From Zancudomyces culisetae HAW-14-8 (taxonomy: Eukaryota; Fungi; Kickxellomycota): DNA of 64,000 nucleotides. The stretch lies in assembly GCA_052426225.1 (NCBI GenBank), contig JBNJNM010000021.1, forward strand, positions 1,612,001 to 1,676,000. Reading direction: 5' to 3'. This document shows positions 46,728-62,233 of this stretch, piece by piece. Under the pieces are notes generated by a model. That model was not told the DNA's origin. It saw nothing but the letters and a program-made list of their open reading frames with translations, and ran no database searches. The stretch's first letter is position 1. Each line of letters starts with the position of its first letter. The position numbers were made by a program, and so were the translations under genes.

Positions 46728-48398
46728 ATGAATGATAAAAAGAGTAAGTATTTCTGTATTTTGTGCTAAATTCGACTATTAATAAATATCAATACAACTT
46801 TTAGATAGCTATACACAGCTATGTATATCCAACATCAATCTGGCGAGGTACTTACTTACAACTAGCATTATTTGAACGGTTTTTTTATATAATTTTTTCA
46901 AGAGCTTTCGTAATCATAGACCATACTGAGACAAAAATAAAATAAAGCTGGTTTAATGGTTTGAGAATAACTAATTGTAGGCGGTTAAACGCAGTGCAAG
47001 GAACTGTATCGAGATTAAAAGAGGAAAAAAATAAACTTGCTAAAGAAAATACTGTGCTTATGAGGGCATCGGCTGTTTACAAATCAAAGTACAAAAGCCT
47101 AAAATGCAGAATGAAACATCGTCCATCAGTAAAACAGGTATGTGTAGATTTTATAAAGTAGATATGAGATACACACCTGTTTTCATATACTTGTACGCCT
47201 GATTTGGTTTGGTTTGGTTTGGTTTGGTTTGGTTTGGTTTGGTTTGGTTTGGCTTGGTTTGGTTTGATTTTTACTGGAATGATATAAAACACTGATAATA
47301 TACTTCGTAATAGCTATTATCGTTAGTGCTTTCAAAATTGGTTGAAAAGATAAATACCCTGGACGGGCATGACTTTGATGATTTATTGGAAAAGTACTCA
47401 AGATCCAACACATCCGTAAAAGATGATAATAATGACGATGATGGTGAAGATGATGATGATATGTCAACGGAAACACTTGTAAATGGGGAACTAAAGATCA
47501 AAAAAACTATAAAAGATTTAAACAAAAGCACGATCACTCGAAGAAAAAAGAAATTTGCGCCAACTCTTTCAGGGATTATTGAAGGGAATGAACCCGGAAC
47601 AGGTAATATGTTTCTTTTCTTTATTTTTCTTTATTTTGAGTATTTAACATCTTGAGAGAGTTTGACGATAAAACCGTTTAAAACAGAAATAGAGAAATTA
47701 CCAACCGGTTTTGAAAATAAAACAAGCAATAAATATGGCTACCAGGAAAAAGGTACACAATTTCATTCTTGTTTCCAGAAAAGAAGAGTGATTTTTTTTA
47801 CTAAAATAAAGTATTAACTGGTTATTAAAGTGCTAGATTTTGCGCATATTGAAACTTCTGGCGAATTGGATGAAAAGAAAAGAGAGACAAGGACTTCAAG
47901 GAATAACAGGAGTGGGGGTGCAAAAAACATGAGAAAGACAAGAAAATGCAGACAAAAAACCAATACTTCTGGTGAAAAAGAGTCAGAAAACAAGGTCTGT
48001 TTTGTAAATGTAGATGCAAACTTAAAGATAGAACAGGCAAGTGATTACAGAAGAGACAATGTATCAAAGAATGAGCCTGTTCGCTGTAAAATGGATCTGG
48101 CAATAAAAGGTAATGCACCTATTTTTTCTTGGTACTGATTGCTGAGAAAGCTAGCATAAAAATAACACCGATGTTTACATGAATAGACGAAAAAAGGGCT
48201 AGTAGAGATAGAAAGGCAATTAATTACAGACTTCCCAGCCTGAACAGGTATGTATATATTTATTTCACAGATAATGATGCTAAGGATCACATACTCTGGA
48301 CGCATGGCTGATTTCAACAACTACTTATTTGTATGCGATAAAAATAAAACAATAGCAAAATGAGAAAGGGGTGTCCTCAACCGTTCAAGAAGGTATAA
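46728..48398 (+). CDS. SGO1: Shugoshin-like protein, about 8 exons
   Basis: N-terminal coiled coil (SNINLARRLNAVQGTVSRLKEEKNKLAKEN) and spliced C-terminal basic SGO motif RASRDRKAINYRLPSLNSKMRKG (exons 48186-48247 and 48356-48398). Confidence 0.75.
47202..47266. repeat. (TTTGG)n microsatellite in a shugoshin intron
   Basis: About 12-13 tandem TTTGG units. Confidence 0.95.
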
Positions 48399-48888
48399 AG
48401 TACTGGTGCCAATGCAAGAATGGAGTTAGTTTATCTAGCAGAGTAGCTTAATTGCTTTTAATATAGCATTATTTTTGAATGGTTCCGATGCGGAAAGTTT
48501 TTGGAATGTATGAATATTCTAGTAGTCTGTTTCTAGTAAATCAACCATTGATGAAAAAAAAAAATTGAAATTTGCAGAAGCAAAAAAGTAAATAAATCGA
48601 ACCAATTAGGGGAATGTGGTGATTTTTTTATTGTTTATTTTTAAAAGATTGGATTTTCGATAAAAAGCAAACATATGCTGATGAAAAAGACAAGAACGAA
48701 AAAAAAGGAAAAGACATATATAGTACAGGTGGGTTTTTCAACTTTTCTAAACAAAAATATAAAAATATAAACAATAATATAATACATGCAAAAGCAGATA
48801 CAACAAACTTGTAAAATATATAATAATATCGGCAATTAAAATATAGCAAATATCTTCGGAATAGAACAATAGACCAAGAACTGTAGAT

Positions 48889-51800
48889 ATGGTAAATATA
48901 CAAAAAAAACATTTAAACAACAATAAACCGATATGAGTAGAAAATAGAAACATATTTATTTACAAAACCCTTATAATGCAATAGAGCAAACGAGGAAACA
49001 AAAGACAGGCTAAAGAGGTGGTAGAATCAGACGAGTCAGACGAAGAAGTCACATTTCCACAGACACCAGGGGGTGGAATGTCATACTTGTCTAGTCCACC
49101 AGCATACAGAGGAGGAACCAATATTCCATCATCGCCACCATTTTCGCCATTTACACCGTTCACGCCATCGTACGGGCCAGATTTGAGTGTTGAAGATGTT
49201 GAGAATGAAATGGATTACGCAGATGCACAAGAAAAAATAGAAGAGGATGAGAACGAGGGGCAAGAGGAGGAGGGAGAATATTTGGCAATGGAAGGAAACG
49301 ACGGTGGTCCTGGGGAAGAAGAAGAGGAAGATGGAGAGGATCTATTTGGAGAGGGGATGGAAGAAGACTACAAGCGAATAGAGGCACTTGACAGGTATGA
49401 TGAGAGAGATTTGGATGACAATACAGAATATACAGAAATGGGACCTGGAGAAAGAGCAAGAGTTGAGGCCAGATTGAGAAGAAGAGACATGGAGGAGGGA
49501 AGATTTACAGGTAAATCACGGCTTCCCGCTGCATTTCTTCAAGGCATGGACGAAGAGGGATGGGACGAGTATGGACTTGATCTTGATAGGCTTGGAAGAA
49601 GGAGAAGAAGAACAACAGGGGACAAGAGCATCCACATGTCATTACTGGATGGAACAATTGATGTTGACGACGAAGAGCGGGTGTTGACAATTGAGGACCT
49701 GAGGGACATCAAAGGAGAATCCGTTGGGACGTGGATAAGCGAGCCAGGACCCAGACAGGCTATTGCACGAGACTTTAGAAACTTTTTGCTTACTTTTGTG
49801 GACGAAAAGGGGTCGTCGGTATACGGAGAACGAATTAGGAAATTGGGAGAAATTAATGGGGAAAGTTTGGAAGTATACTATCCACATTTGGCGATGGCCA
49901 AACCACTTTTGGGATACTTTTTGGCCAACGCGCCACGAGAGATGCTTGCAATAATGGATGATCTGGCAATGGATGCGGTGCTTACAGTGTTTCCAGACTA
50001 TGCAAGAATTCGTCCAGAGATACATGTACGAATCTCAGGGTTGCCAACAACAACCAGCATTCGAGACTTGCGACAGATACAGCTGAACACAATGGTGCGA
50101 GTATCGGGGGTAGTCAGCAGACGGACTGGCGTGTTTCCGCAGCTAAAATATGTCAAGTTTGATTGTGGAAAATGTGGTGCGGTCCTAGGGCCGTTTTACC
50201 AAGATAACCAGACAGAAATCAAGATAGGTGCATGTACAAACTGCCAAAGCAAAGGCCCATTCACAGTAAACTCGGAAAATACTGTATACCGGAACTATCA
50301 AAAGATAACCCTACAGGAAACACCAGGCTCGGTACCACCAGGTCGGCTCCCTAGACATCGCGAGGTAATACTCCTGTGGGATCTGATAGATAAGGCCAAG
50401 CCAGGAGAGGAGATTGAGGTCACAGGTATTTACTGCTACAGCTATGACGCATCGCTCAATGCACGTCAAGGATTTCCGGTGTTTACAACAGTGATTGAAG
50501 CAAACCATATACTCAAAAAATCAGACGAATTTTCCGCATTTAAAATGACAGAGGAGGATCGCAAGCAGATCCGGACATTGTCACGAAGCAAAGATTTGGA
50601 AAAGCGAATCATCAAATCGATGGCTCCATCGATCTATGGCCACAACGACATCAAAACTGCACTAGCTCTGTGTTTGTTTGGTGGTGTATCCAAAAACGTA
50701 GGTGGCAAGCTGCGAACGCGTGGTGACATCAACGTGCTAATGCTTGGTGATCCCGGTACCGCCAAGTCACAGTTTCTCAAATATATTGAACAGACTGCCC
50801 ACCGTGCGGTGTTTACAACAGGCCAGGGTGCAAGTGCTGTTGGACTTACGGCAGGTGTGCGGAAAGATCCTGTAACGCGCGAGTGGACGCTGGAGGGTGG
50901 AGCGCTTGTGCTGGCTGATCGTGGTGTGTGTATGATTGATGAATTCGATAAGATGAACGATGCTGACCGTACTAGTATTCACGAAGCGATGGAACAACAA
51001 AGCATTTCCATCTCCAAAGCCGGTATTGTGGCATCTCTCAATGCACGCTGTTCTGTTATTGCTGCAGCCAATCCAATCGGCGGCCGCTATAAGCCATCAC
51101 TAACGTTTTCGCAGAACGTTAACCTGACCGAGCCTATATTGTCTCGTTTCGATGTTCTGTGTGTTGTCCGCGATTCGGTTGATCCTATTCGTGACGAATT
51201 GTTGGGTAGATTTGTCGTTGAAAGCCATATATGCAGTCACCCAGACTCTTCTTCCGCCTCGGATTCCGCCAACTCTACTTCGACTGCTGTTGGCTCGGAC
51301 GTTGAACTGATTCCTCAAAACCTTTTGAAGAAATATATCATGTATGCCCGCGAAAATATTACTCCTAAAATCCACCAAGTCGACTCTGACAAAATCTCGC
51401 ATCTCTATGCCGAGCTCCGCCGCGAGTCGCTGATGACTGGCAGTATCCCCATCACTGTCCGCCACATAGAGTCCATTGTCCGCCTCAGTGAAGCTCGTGC
51501 ACGTATGCACCTGCGTGACTTTGTTCGCGCGGACGACATTGATGTTGCCATTCGCGTGACCCTCAATTCGTTCATTTCTGCTCAGAAATTCTCTGTTTAC
51601 AAAGCTCTCAAACGCAGCTTTAGCAAATATCTCTCTTCCCACTCGGATCACAATGAACTGCTTTATATGTTGTTGTGTCGCTTGGTCCAGGACAAAGTCA
51701 CTTTGTATCAGTACAAAAACGGTATTTCTGCCTTCCCTGCTCAAGTTAATATTCCTCTGGAAGACCTTGAAAACTTGGCTGCTGCTTCTCACATATACGA

Positions 51801-51897
51801 CCTTAAAAACTTCTTGACTTCTAACTTCCTTTCTTCTCACGACTTTACCGTGGATTTGGCTGAGCGTGCCATTTATAAACACTTCCAGAACAATTAA
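48889..51897 (+). CDS. MCM2: DNA replication licensing factor MCM2; ATG-only first exon, intron 48892-48984
   Basis: Acidic N-terminus (EDLFG..MEEDY), C4 zinc finger, GDPGTAKSQ, IDEFDKM, ILSRFD, PITVRHIES. ATG|GTAAAT...AATAG splices in frame. Confidence 0.97.
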
Positions 51898-52149
51898 TTT
51901 TTTATTTCATCTCATCATATTTTTGTATTCTTTTTCGTTGTTGCAAGACTATTTCTAATTACACTTTACATTTGGTTTTATTTTTATATAATGTTTTAAT
52001 GGAAATGAACACCTCCAAAACTTTGGATTTATACGTATAAATTTATTTCTATAAAATCGAACACCTGCCGTTTCTACTAATTGAAAGTAAAGTTGACGAT
52101 AAATACTACAAGTATTGTATAAATTGTGGATACCACTTTGTGTTTCGTA

Positions 52150-53697
52150 CTAGCACCAGTCTGTTTGATGGCTGTTGAATCCATTTATTATCCTAGCCTG
52201 AGCCTGTGCCTGTGCCTGTTGATCACCACCTGTTCTGCCACTACTTCCGCTACCACCATTATAACCACCACTACCGCCAGTACATCTGCCTTTACCCTTG
52301 TCCATTTCCCTGCCTTTACCATTGCTTTTGCTTCTGTTTTTACCACTACTACTCGTACCATTGTTCTCATCGCTAGGCATTTCAGCTCCAAAATTGTTAT
52401 CGTGAGCACTACTCCCATTCATGCTTCCACCTACAAGACTCGTTCTCGTTCCATTCCCTATACCCGCACCCGCACCCGCACTCACACCCATGTCCATACC
52501 CATGCCCATACCCATGCCCATACCCAGTCCCATATCCAATCCTAATCCCATATTCAACCCCATTTCCATATTAATTCCTAGCCCAACACTATTGCTACTA
52601 CTACCACCATTACTGCTCCCAGCAACAGTTCCGTTTGCATCATTTATTTGATGTGCTTGTACTTGCGTTGGCTTGCTTATCAAACTCAACCCCATCCCCT
52701 GTGTCTTTGTCACCCCATGTTCCAGCAAAAAACGATCCATAATTGCACTTTGGTCGCTGCTGCTTGCTTGCTCATGGTCGTAGTCATGGTTCGCATTACC
52801 TTTACCATTAGTATTTTTAGCACTGCTACTACCATTAGCTCTACCCTTGCCCTTATTTTTGCTTATTTTTCCATTTATCAACCCATCCAATTCCGATGCC
52901 AGCTGCTTGCACTCATTGGTTATTTGCAGGTTCATTTTTTCAATTTTTTTCATCTCTATTTATATTAGTAGCACATTTTTCCACTTTTCGATTAAACTCT
53001 GTACTCAGTGCTTACACAACACAGCTAAAATATAATTACTACTGTTGTACATTACCTTCGGCAATATGGTTAATGCTGGATGCCACTCTACTGAAATACG
53101 TTACCCCGTTCCTGTATAGTGCAATTTCCTCCTTCAACTTCTCAATCCTTTCAACATACTCGTCGCGTTGTTTGGCCAGCGCATCTAGTCGTTGCTGCTG
53201 CCTTTGTCGCATCCGCGCAGCTGCTTCAGCATTTCGTGCTCTTCGTAGTGATCTAGGCGACTGATCGCCCCCTTCCTCTAATTTTTATTTATTTATTTAT
53301 TTATGCTTACAAAACTGCCTCATTAATACTCTGTTTGTACTCATGTGTGTTTTTTTTTTGATAGTCACATGGATAATTAGCTATAAAGTTTGCCCTTACC
53401 ATTCTCCCCCTCATTCTGATTTCCACTGCAACTTCCGCTGCTAGTTTGCTCAAATCTTGGTCTTTTTTTACTCCCATTAGACAACGCATTGGATGCAGGC
53501 TCGTTTGGCCTACCACTGAATGCCTCACTCGCTCCAAGTAACTCTGCACTCATTGTATTGATCAGATACTCATCACTGCTAGTACTAGCATTATTATTGC
53601 TGTTGTTGTTTCTTCCATTGTTGCTATTGCTATTGCTACTACTGTTGTCTCTGTTAGGGTACTCTCCACCACAATTCGATCCAAATATAAATTCCAT
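52150..53697 (-). CDS. bZIP transcription factor with low-complexity regions; exons 53400-53697, 53056-53277, 52150-52955
   Basis: Basic region RRARNAEAAARMRQRQQQR followed by a heptad zipper; phase-consistent GT-AG introns. Gene termini uncertain. Confidence 0.75.
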
Positions 53698-54706
53698 CTT
53701 TACACTCTTGGTTCCTTGTGATTTTTTGTTTTTTTTATTTTTAGCTATATGTGTGGTATTTATTGCTCAGTAAGGTCTTTGACAAAATTTGATCACATAT
53801 GCCTTTTGCTTCTTCGATACAAGTGTATACACTTATATCTATGAATATATGCTTATATCCGTATAAATAAAAGTGGAAAAACCAAAGGATGTAACAATAT
53901 ATCTATAATAGAACTGTTATTTCTCGAAATAGCCTGTGTCATACACTTTATCCTGATATATGATGAACCCTTAAATATTTATATAATCTCTATCGCTGAC
54001 CTCAAGTTTCTTTTTCGTTTTTTATTATCTATGATTACTATAAAACTTAGTTTGAGAACAAGTTAGATAAAGACAGAGTTACTTCATTTCAGTATACTAC
54101 CGCTACACTTTTTGAAAAACGCATTTACCCCTCTTTCACCTCCCCCTCCCTTCTGTGCGCGTGTATATATATACCTCCACATCTATATCTCCACAACACT
54201 CATCACTATCACCATCATGATCATTTAGCACTCGATATTTTATATTTGTGCATTGTGTCATTAATCCGCTGCTCAAGTGTTTTTTTTCTGTTGTGTAGAA
54301 ACTTGAATATACGAATAGATAAACGTAATATTTACCTCTTTAGTGTCCTAAATGAACAAATACAAGGAATGTGCTAGGGTAATTGACAGTTTCAGGCACA
54401 CTAAAATCCAGAAAGTGATATATTACCAAGCCTCACTATAGCCGTCGATAAACAATGAATAATCCAACAAATAATATAATGGGTAGACAAATAAGAGTCT
54501 CCACTATTTCCACTAGTGATGGTTATATTAGAAATAATTTAATGATGTTGGGACTTATAATTCAAGGGGTTTATTTGAAAAGTATTTATACTATTGAATA
54601 CGTAGGTGGGGATTAGTGTGTTACGGCGTTTATTGACGTTTATATATATATATCCATTTTTAAAGTTTATAATGTTGTTAAAAAAAACAATTCCCCACAA
54701 TAGGTG

Positions 54707-54940
54707 AGGAGGGAAGGAGGGAAGGAGGGAAGGAAAGGGGGGGGGGGGGGGGGGTGGGGGGGGGGGTGGGGGTAAATATATAATAGTACAACAAAACCAG
54801 GACATTATTATTGTATTGGCCATATGCATTGTTGTTTGCCACAAAAGCATTACTCATAACATTTCCACTATAAAGTAAGAAAAAGAAAAAGAAAAAGAAA
54901 AAGAAAAAGAAAAAGAAAAAGAAAAAGGAAAAGGAAAAGA
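54707..54940. repeat. G-rich tract and (GAAAAA)n microsatellite
   Basis: GGAGGGAA repeats, long G runs at 54737-54772, GAAAAA repeats at ~54878-54925. Confidence 0.9.
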
Positions 54941-56409
54941 ATAGAAAACTAAGCATGGAGCTGAACTTGTGGTATTTGTTTGTGCTTGTGTTAAAAAGCA
55001 AACACTAAACACTGCTCACCTTCCTACCTTCCTACCTTCTCACCTCTTCAGCCTCAATCACGTGTGTTATATTTTTATCAGCTCTTGCCAAGAATTTTAT
55101 TAGGTCATAACATCCCGTAGAATATTGACTGAATGCCCAATTGTTCAACTACTAGCACATATATGTGCCGAGGGTAATGATGTACATATACATTGTTATT
55201 TACTATGGGTTGAGGAGGAAGATAAACAGCAGTAAAATGCTGATAGTAGTTTAAACAGGTGGGTGTATAATTGGATTGGGTGATATTCCTAAAAAAAATA
55301 AAATACAATGGTGACAGTTTTTTATTGTATAACTGTTAAAGTGGTATAAATAAATATTACTGTGATATGGTTCAAAAATAGGTTGCACGTCCAATTGACC
55401 CTCAAGCCTCTTCACATATCGGATACATTTGTTTAAATACTGGGTGGTTTATTATATTCATACTCTGTATTGAAATAGAGCTATGCTGTATTTTTTTTAA
55501 TTCATTTCCAACAAGAAAAATGGGCAAAGGTATACAAAGATAGGCTTAGTTGAGGCAGATAAACTGGGGTTTAAAAAAAAAGAAAGCGGGCCTTAAAGTA
55601 CTATCAAATTCAATCCAACTTGGTGCTTGGCTAAAAAAAAATTTTTTTTTTCTTGTGTTTGTGCAAAAATCTCATAAATTTTGTATTGAAGCGAATTCCG
55701 CAACAGCAACAACAACAAAGTGGCAACAATGGTACAAATTTGGGGAATTGGGAAAAGTAATTATCAGAAAACTGAAACGTGATAATACAGAAAATGCAAA
55801 TACCAAGCAGAAACCGAGAGAAACCCAGCAATTGAGATAGGATAAGAAACTAAAGGAAAGGAAAGGGAAAAAGAAAAAAAGATAGAGGTGGAGTAAAAAA
55901 AATTTTTTTTCGTTAGAAAGATACAAGGCAAAATAGGAGGAGGGGTGGGCAGAATTTGATTTGATTTCATTTCTGTAACAATATTGATTTGAAAAAATAA
56001 GAGTATGGAAAAAACGCTACCCAATATTAGCGAATAGAAAAATAGAAAGAGTATTAATCGCACTAATGGTAATAGATATTTAGCTAGCATGTATCTGAAT
56101 TATTATTATTTAATTTGCTATTTTGTTATTTTTATATTGAAGAGTAATTAAAAAATGTAAAACAAAGAAAAGTCGGTTATGGAAAAAAAAAAAGATTTTT
56201 TTTATCTGCAATTTTTTCTATTATCAAAAAAAAGCGGATATCTATTTATCGCTAAAAAAACATCAACAAAAAAAAAGGAAAATGAAAATGAAAATGAAAA
56301 TAAAAAATAAATAAAACAATTTAAACACAAATATAATAAAAAATTTTTAGATAACCTTTTTCCATTATTAAATTTTTTTATTACAAGAAAGATTAATAAG
56401 AAAATCAAG

Positions 56410-58199
<1,790 letters not shown>

Positions 58200-58231
58200 T
58201 TTCTTTTATTTATTTTCTATTCTCAATAAAT

Positions 58232-59481
58232 CTAATTATAATTGCTTTTCACTAATCTATAAAGATACTCGTATGTCAAAAACATTGTTGCGTTTGCTGG
58301 AAATGCTCTCAGCAATGTCACTCCAAGCCCCCTGAAAAATCCTCTAACTCCTCCGCTTGAATACACCTGTCTTGCCACCTCTAAAACTCCCACTTTTCCA
58401 TTTCCATTTCCATTTCCATTTCCGTTCCCATTCCCTCCCACCATGTCCAGTGTTTGAATTCTTGACTTGATCACATCCACTGGGAACATCATAAAGTTAT
58501 ACACAACTCCTGCACTTCCTCCTGCCAAAATTAAGATTCCTGGCCCGATATCCTCCTTTTTAATCACCACAGCTTCTCCATCACTACCTTTGCTTTGGTT
58601 TTTAACTTTTATATAGTATTGGCAAACCGCCTCATATGTCCCAAACCACAATGCTGTTCCTATACTTTCCCTCACTACTGTAGGCCCTACCCCTTTATAC
58701 ATCCCCCGCAGTCCCTGAGTACGCATTATTTCCTTTATAACTGAGATCGGCCCTTTGAATTTTTTCTTACTCGCGTCTCCTCCAGAACCACTGCCCCCGT
58801 ATCCTTGTACATTTTCCACCTGTAGCTTACATTTGATCAACTCTATAGGCGTTATAAATGTTGTTGCAAGCAGTCCTGCAATTCCACCGCAAAGCGCCAG
58901 CTGTGGTAGTCTCAGTGATTCTTGGGCGCTACTGCCTGTGGCCTGTCGTACCAAATTCTGGATTTCTTTATATGAAAAAAACACAAAAGCATTCTCCATC
59001 ATTGCTCCAAACAATGGCGAGCTAAGGCCTCTATAAAATCCAAACACACCCTCATTCCTCCAGGTCTGCAATAGACAGTCAAATGTTCCCGTAAAAACTT
59101 TGGAATCCATAGTCTGCATACGCACCTTAACCGTATCAAAGGGATACTCGATCACCTTCCCATTCATTCCTGCCATCTATTCGTAAAATTGCCCGTTTAT
59201 ACACTTGAATTGCTATTTGAAGGCTACATTGCAAAGAAGAAAAAAAAGGTAAAGCAAAGCAAAACAAAACAAAACAAACTTACTGAACCAAAAACAAGCT
59301 CCCATAATGGATTGATTTTGACGTCCGCCTTTTCTGTCACACCCATACCCGCACCACTATTTGGATCTTTTAATAATGCATCGCCGCCTTGTGCCGGCTG
59401 AAATGCGGCGCCCTCTGAGTTCGCATTTTCGATGGCTTTTCTCATTAACTCCTTTGCAATAGTTTCGGTAGGTGAATCCAT
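58232..59481 (-). CDS. Mitochondrial carrier, ornithine/basic amino acid type (ORT1-like); intron 59177-59283
   Basis: Three PX[DE]XXK signatures (PFDTVK, PIELIK, PVDVIK); FGSMAGMNGKVIEYP, MEN, RE, RAFPANA. Confidence 0.9.
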
Positions 59482-60868
59482 AATTTATCGCCTGTATTAT
59501 ATTGTTAGTTTATTTTCCAAATCACCTGTATAAGAAATAAAACTTCCTCCTCTCCTACTGTATATTGAAAATTTTTTTTTTTTGGAACAAGCTGGTATTT
59601 ATTCTTTTTTTGGATTACGCAGTGTTACCTTCACCCCGCTTGTCAATGAAATGAAACACTAAAGTTGTGTTTTTTTTTCCCTTTTTTTTTAATGCACAGA
59701 CTCTAATTTGACCCAAAAGCACTTAACCATCATAAACTTTCCTCCACTCAAAGGACAGAGTCTTTTTTTTTTCCTAATCTGTATATTGATTTTTCAGGAA
59801 CAAGCTGTACACCTCATCCGGGCTATTTTCGAGTGCCATTTTTATCTCTGCCGTTATTTTCCAAATTGCGCCATTCATTTACACACCACTTCACATCCAT
59901 CACGTCTCGCTCATGAGGACTATATTTTTTAAATACCAAGTTTTTGCTTTTCTATTTTTGCAATCGGGTTCTAGACAAAACCCCTTGCTTTTATACATGC
60001 ATATATTTAATTACTCACTATCACGTTTATATCACATTGCTCTTTATCAAAAATAAAAAATAAATTGACAAAAAGCCAAAAAACCAAAAAACCGTCTTTA
60101 TTTAAATATCTCCAGAAGCTTGTTTATGAATGTCTGAATCCTTCGCCAAACTTTGTCTTGATATACCTCCTCATCATATGTTTAAATACTCCGTTAACCA
60201 TGTATCATCTTGTCTGGACGGTTTTCATCTAAGCGTTGTGAACTTGGGTCTGACTATTTGACTACTTTCTTGCTGGTATCTTTTCTAAAATCCCATTTCA
60301 GTTCAAGCTAGGGTGAATAAACTAGTCGAAAAATAAGATTTGCTTTCTATTTGAACTGGTGCTGTTGTAAAGAAAACGTGGTCCGACCTGGTCTATACAC
60401 CGAACGTTGTTTATTACATTGTTTCATATTGCAGCATGTACATATATTACCAGGGTGTTAGCACCAATCGCTTGATTCTTAAAAACGGGCAATGTACAAT
60501 ACGAACTTACTTCCCCTCTCATCATCCCCTTCTTCTTCTCTCAGCCCAAACTCGATTTATTCATATTAATTAAAACAACGACAATAACAATAGCAATTAC
60601 AAGGTTCTAGTCAATCGGATCATAAGCTCTTTCCATAACAACGATTTGTAATGATACCCATCCTGTTCGCCCTTTTACATAATTAATTTCTAATCTTTAC
60701 TATACGATATTCCAAATCACAAAAAATTCATTAGCATTTATTTTATTTCAATTCTATGTTTTTTTTTTCCAAACATTGTACCACTATTTCATTTCTTTTC
60801 ATAGAATACAAAGTTCACTAGCAAAGAAAAAAAAACAAAAAGAGGTGTCTTTTGAAGGAGTCTAATAA

Positions 60869-61978
60869 ATGCCGTTTACCTTTCATTGTCATTCCGGTCA
60901 GTTCTGCCACCATGCCACAGGTACTTTGGAGGAAGTCGTGGTTAGTGCCATCCAAAAGAATATAAAAGTGTTAGGCATTTCTGAGCATGTTCCCAGGTTT
61001 AGATTCCAGGATTTGTATCCCGAAGAAGTCGAGGTATTCATTTTTATCTTTTACCGATTACTATTCTACTAAAATGCAGCAGAGAAAATAGGCTCATAAT
61101 GATAATAATAATAATAATAATCTTAAATACGTTTTGACCCTCTGTAGAAAAATATCACGCCAGGTGATCTACTCAAAAGCTTTGAAAACTACATATTGGA
61201 GGCCAGAAGATTACAAGATAAATATTGCGACAAGATAAAGCTGTTGGTGGGGATGGAAACCGAATGGATATCCAATACCGAAAATTGCAACAAGCATAAA
61301 TGCCCCAAATATACTGGCAGCACAGCTCTCGGGGGCGAACAACTTGTTGCCTTACGCAACCACTGTAAAATAGACTATGTGGTTGGCTCACTACATCATG
61401 TAAAAGGTATTCCGATTGATTTCAGCGTTGAGCTGTACAAACAGGCCATTGAAGCCCATGATAATGATATCAACAAACTGTTTGATGCATACTACGATGA
61501 GCAATATCAAATGTTGGTTACTGTAAAGCCAGAGATTATCGGGCACTTTGATTTAATCCGCATATTTTCACACTGCATTGATGGCGATACTAGTGAAAAC
61601 GGTGTTAACAGTGGCGTTAGCTATACACTTGGCTCACAGACCATGCAAAGAATTGTTCGAAACATTAAATACGGTATCGAGATCGGAGCACTTTTCGAAA
61701 TCAACAGCAGAGCTTATAAAAAGGGACATGAGTTTGCCTATCCACACCCAGATATTCTGAAAATTATCTTGGACAATGGGGGGAAAGTCACTATTTCAGA
61801 CGATTCTCATTCACCATCAGAAATTGGTCTGTTTTACTCCAAGCTATTTCAGTATTTAAAGGATATGAACATTAGCCAGATCCACTATCTTGATAGGGAT
61901 GAATCCACTGGAGTAGTAAAGACTTTGATCTGTGACAACATCCTGGACGAGAGTTTATGGCACCACTTCCACAGTTAG
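60869..61978 (+). CDS. HIS2: Histidinol-phosphatase (PHP family); intron 61034-61147
   Basis: HCHSGQFCHHA, SEHVPR, GMETE, GSLHH, GHFDLI, EINS, SDDSH motifs. Confidence 0.93.
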
Positions 61979-62233
61979 TCCGCTGATTTTGTTATGTTTA
62001 GTCTGCGACAAATCTTGTACATGAATGCGTATAACTTATTATGGTAGCTTTCAGCATATTTACACTCATATTTTACAACACCAATCACAAAAATATTGGT
62101 TTGACAACCAGATCTGTACATAGAATAAACGAATATCGATATTTTTGGTTTAATGTCCATCTTTTTCAATAAAGTAGACAGATAAGATGCAGATACGCAA
62201 ATGAAACAAGAAAAAGGTCTAAATATATTTATC

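Noticed and set aside
47202-47266. Interstitial telomere-like repeat
   Set aside because: Pentamer TTTGG inside an intron; similar pentamer runs (AAAAC/AAAGC) occur in the carrier intron, so it is an ordinary microsatellite.
53780-56400. Poly-Pro/poly-Phe ORFs and a G-quadruplex-like tract
   Set aside because: The ORFs are microsatellite translations. The G-run lengths are unreliable and give no independent evidence of function.
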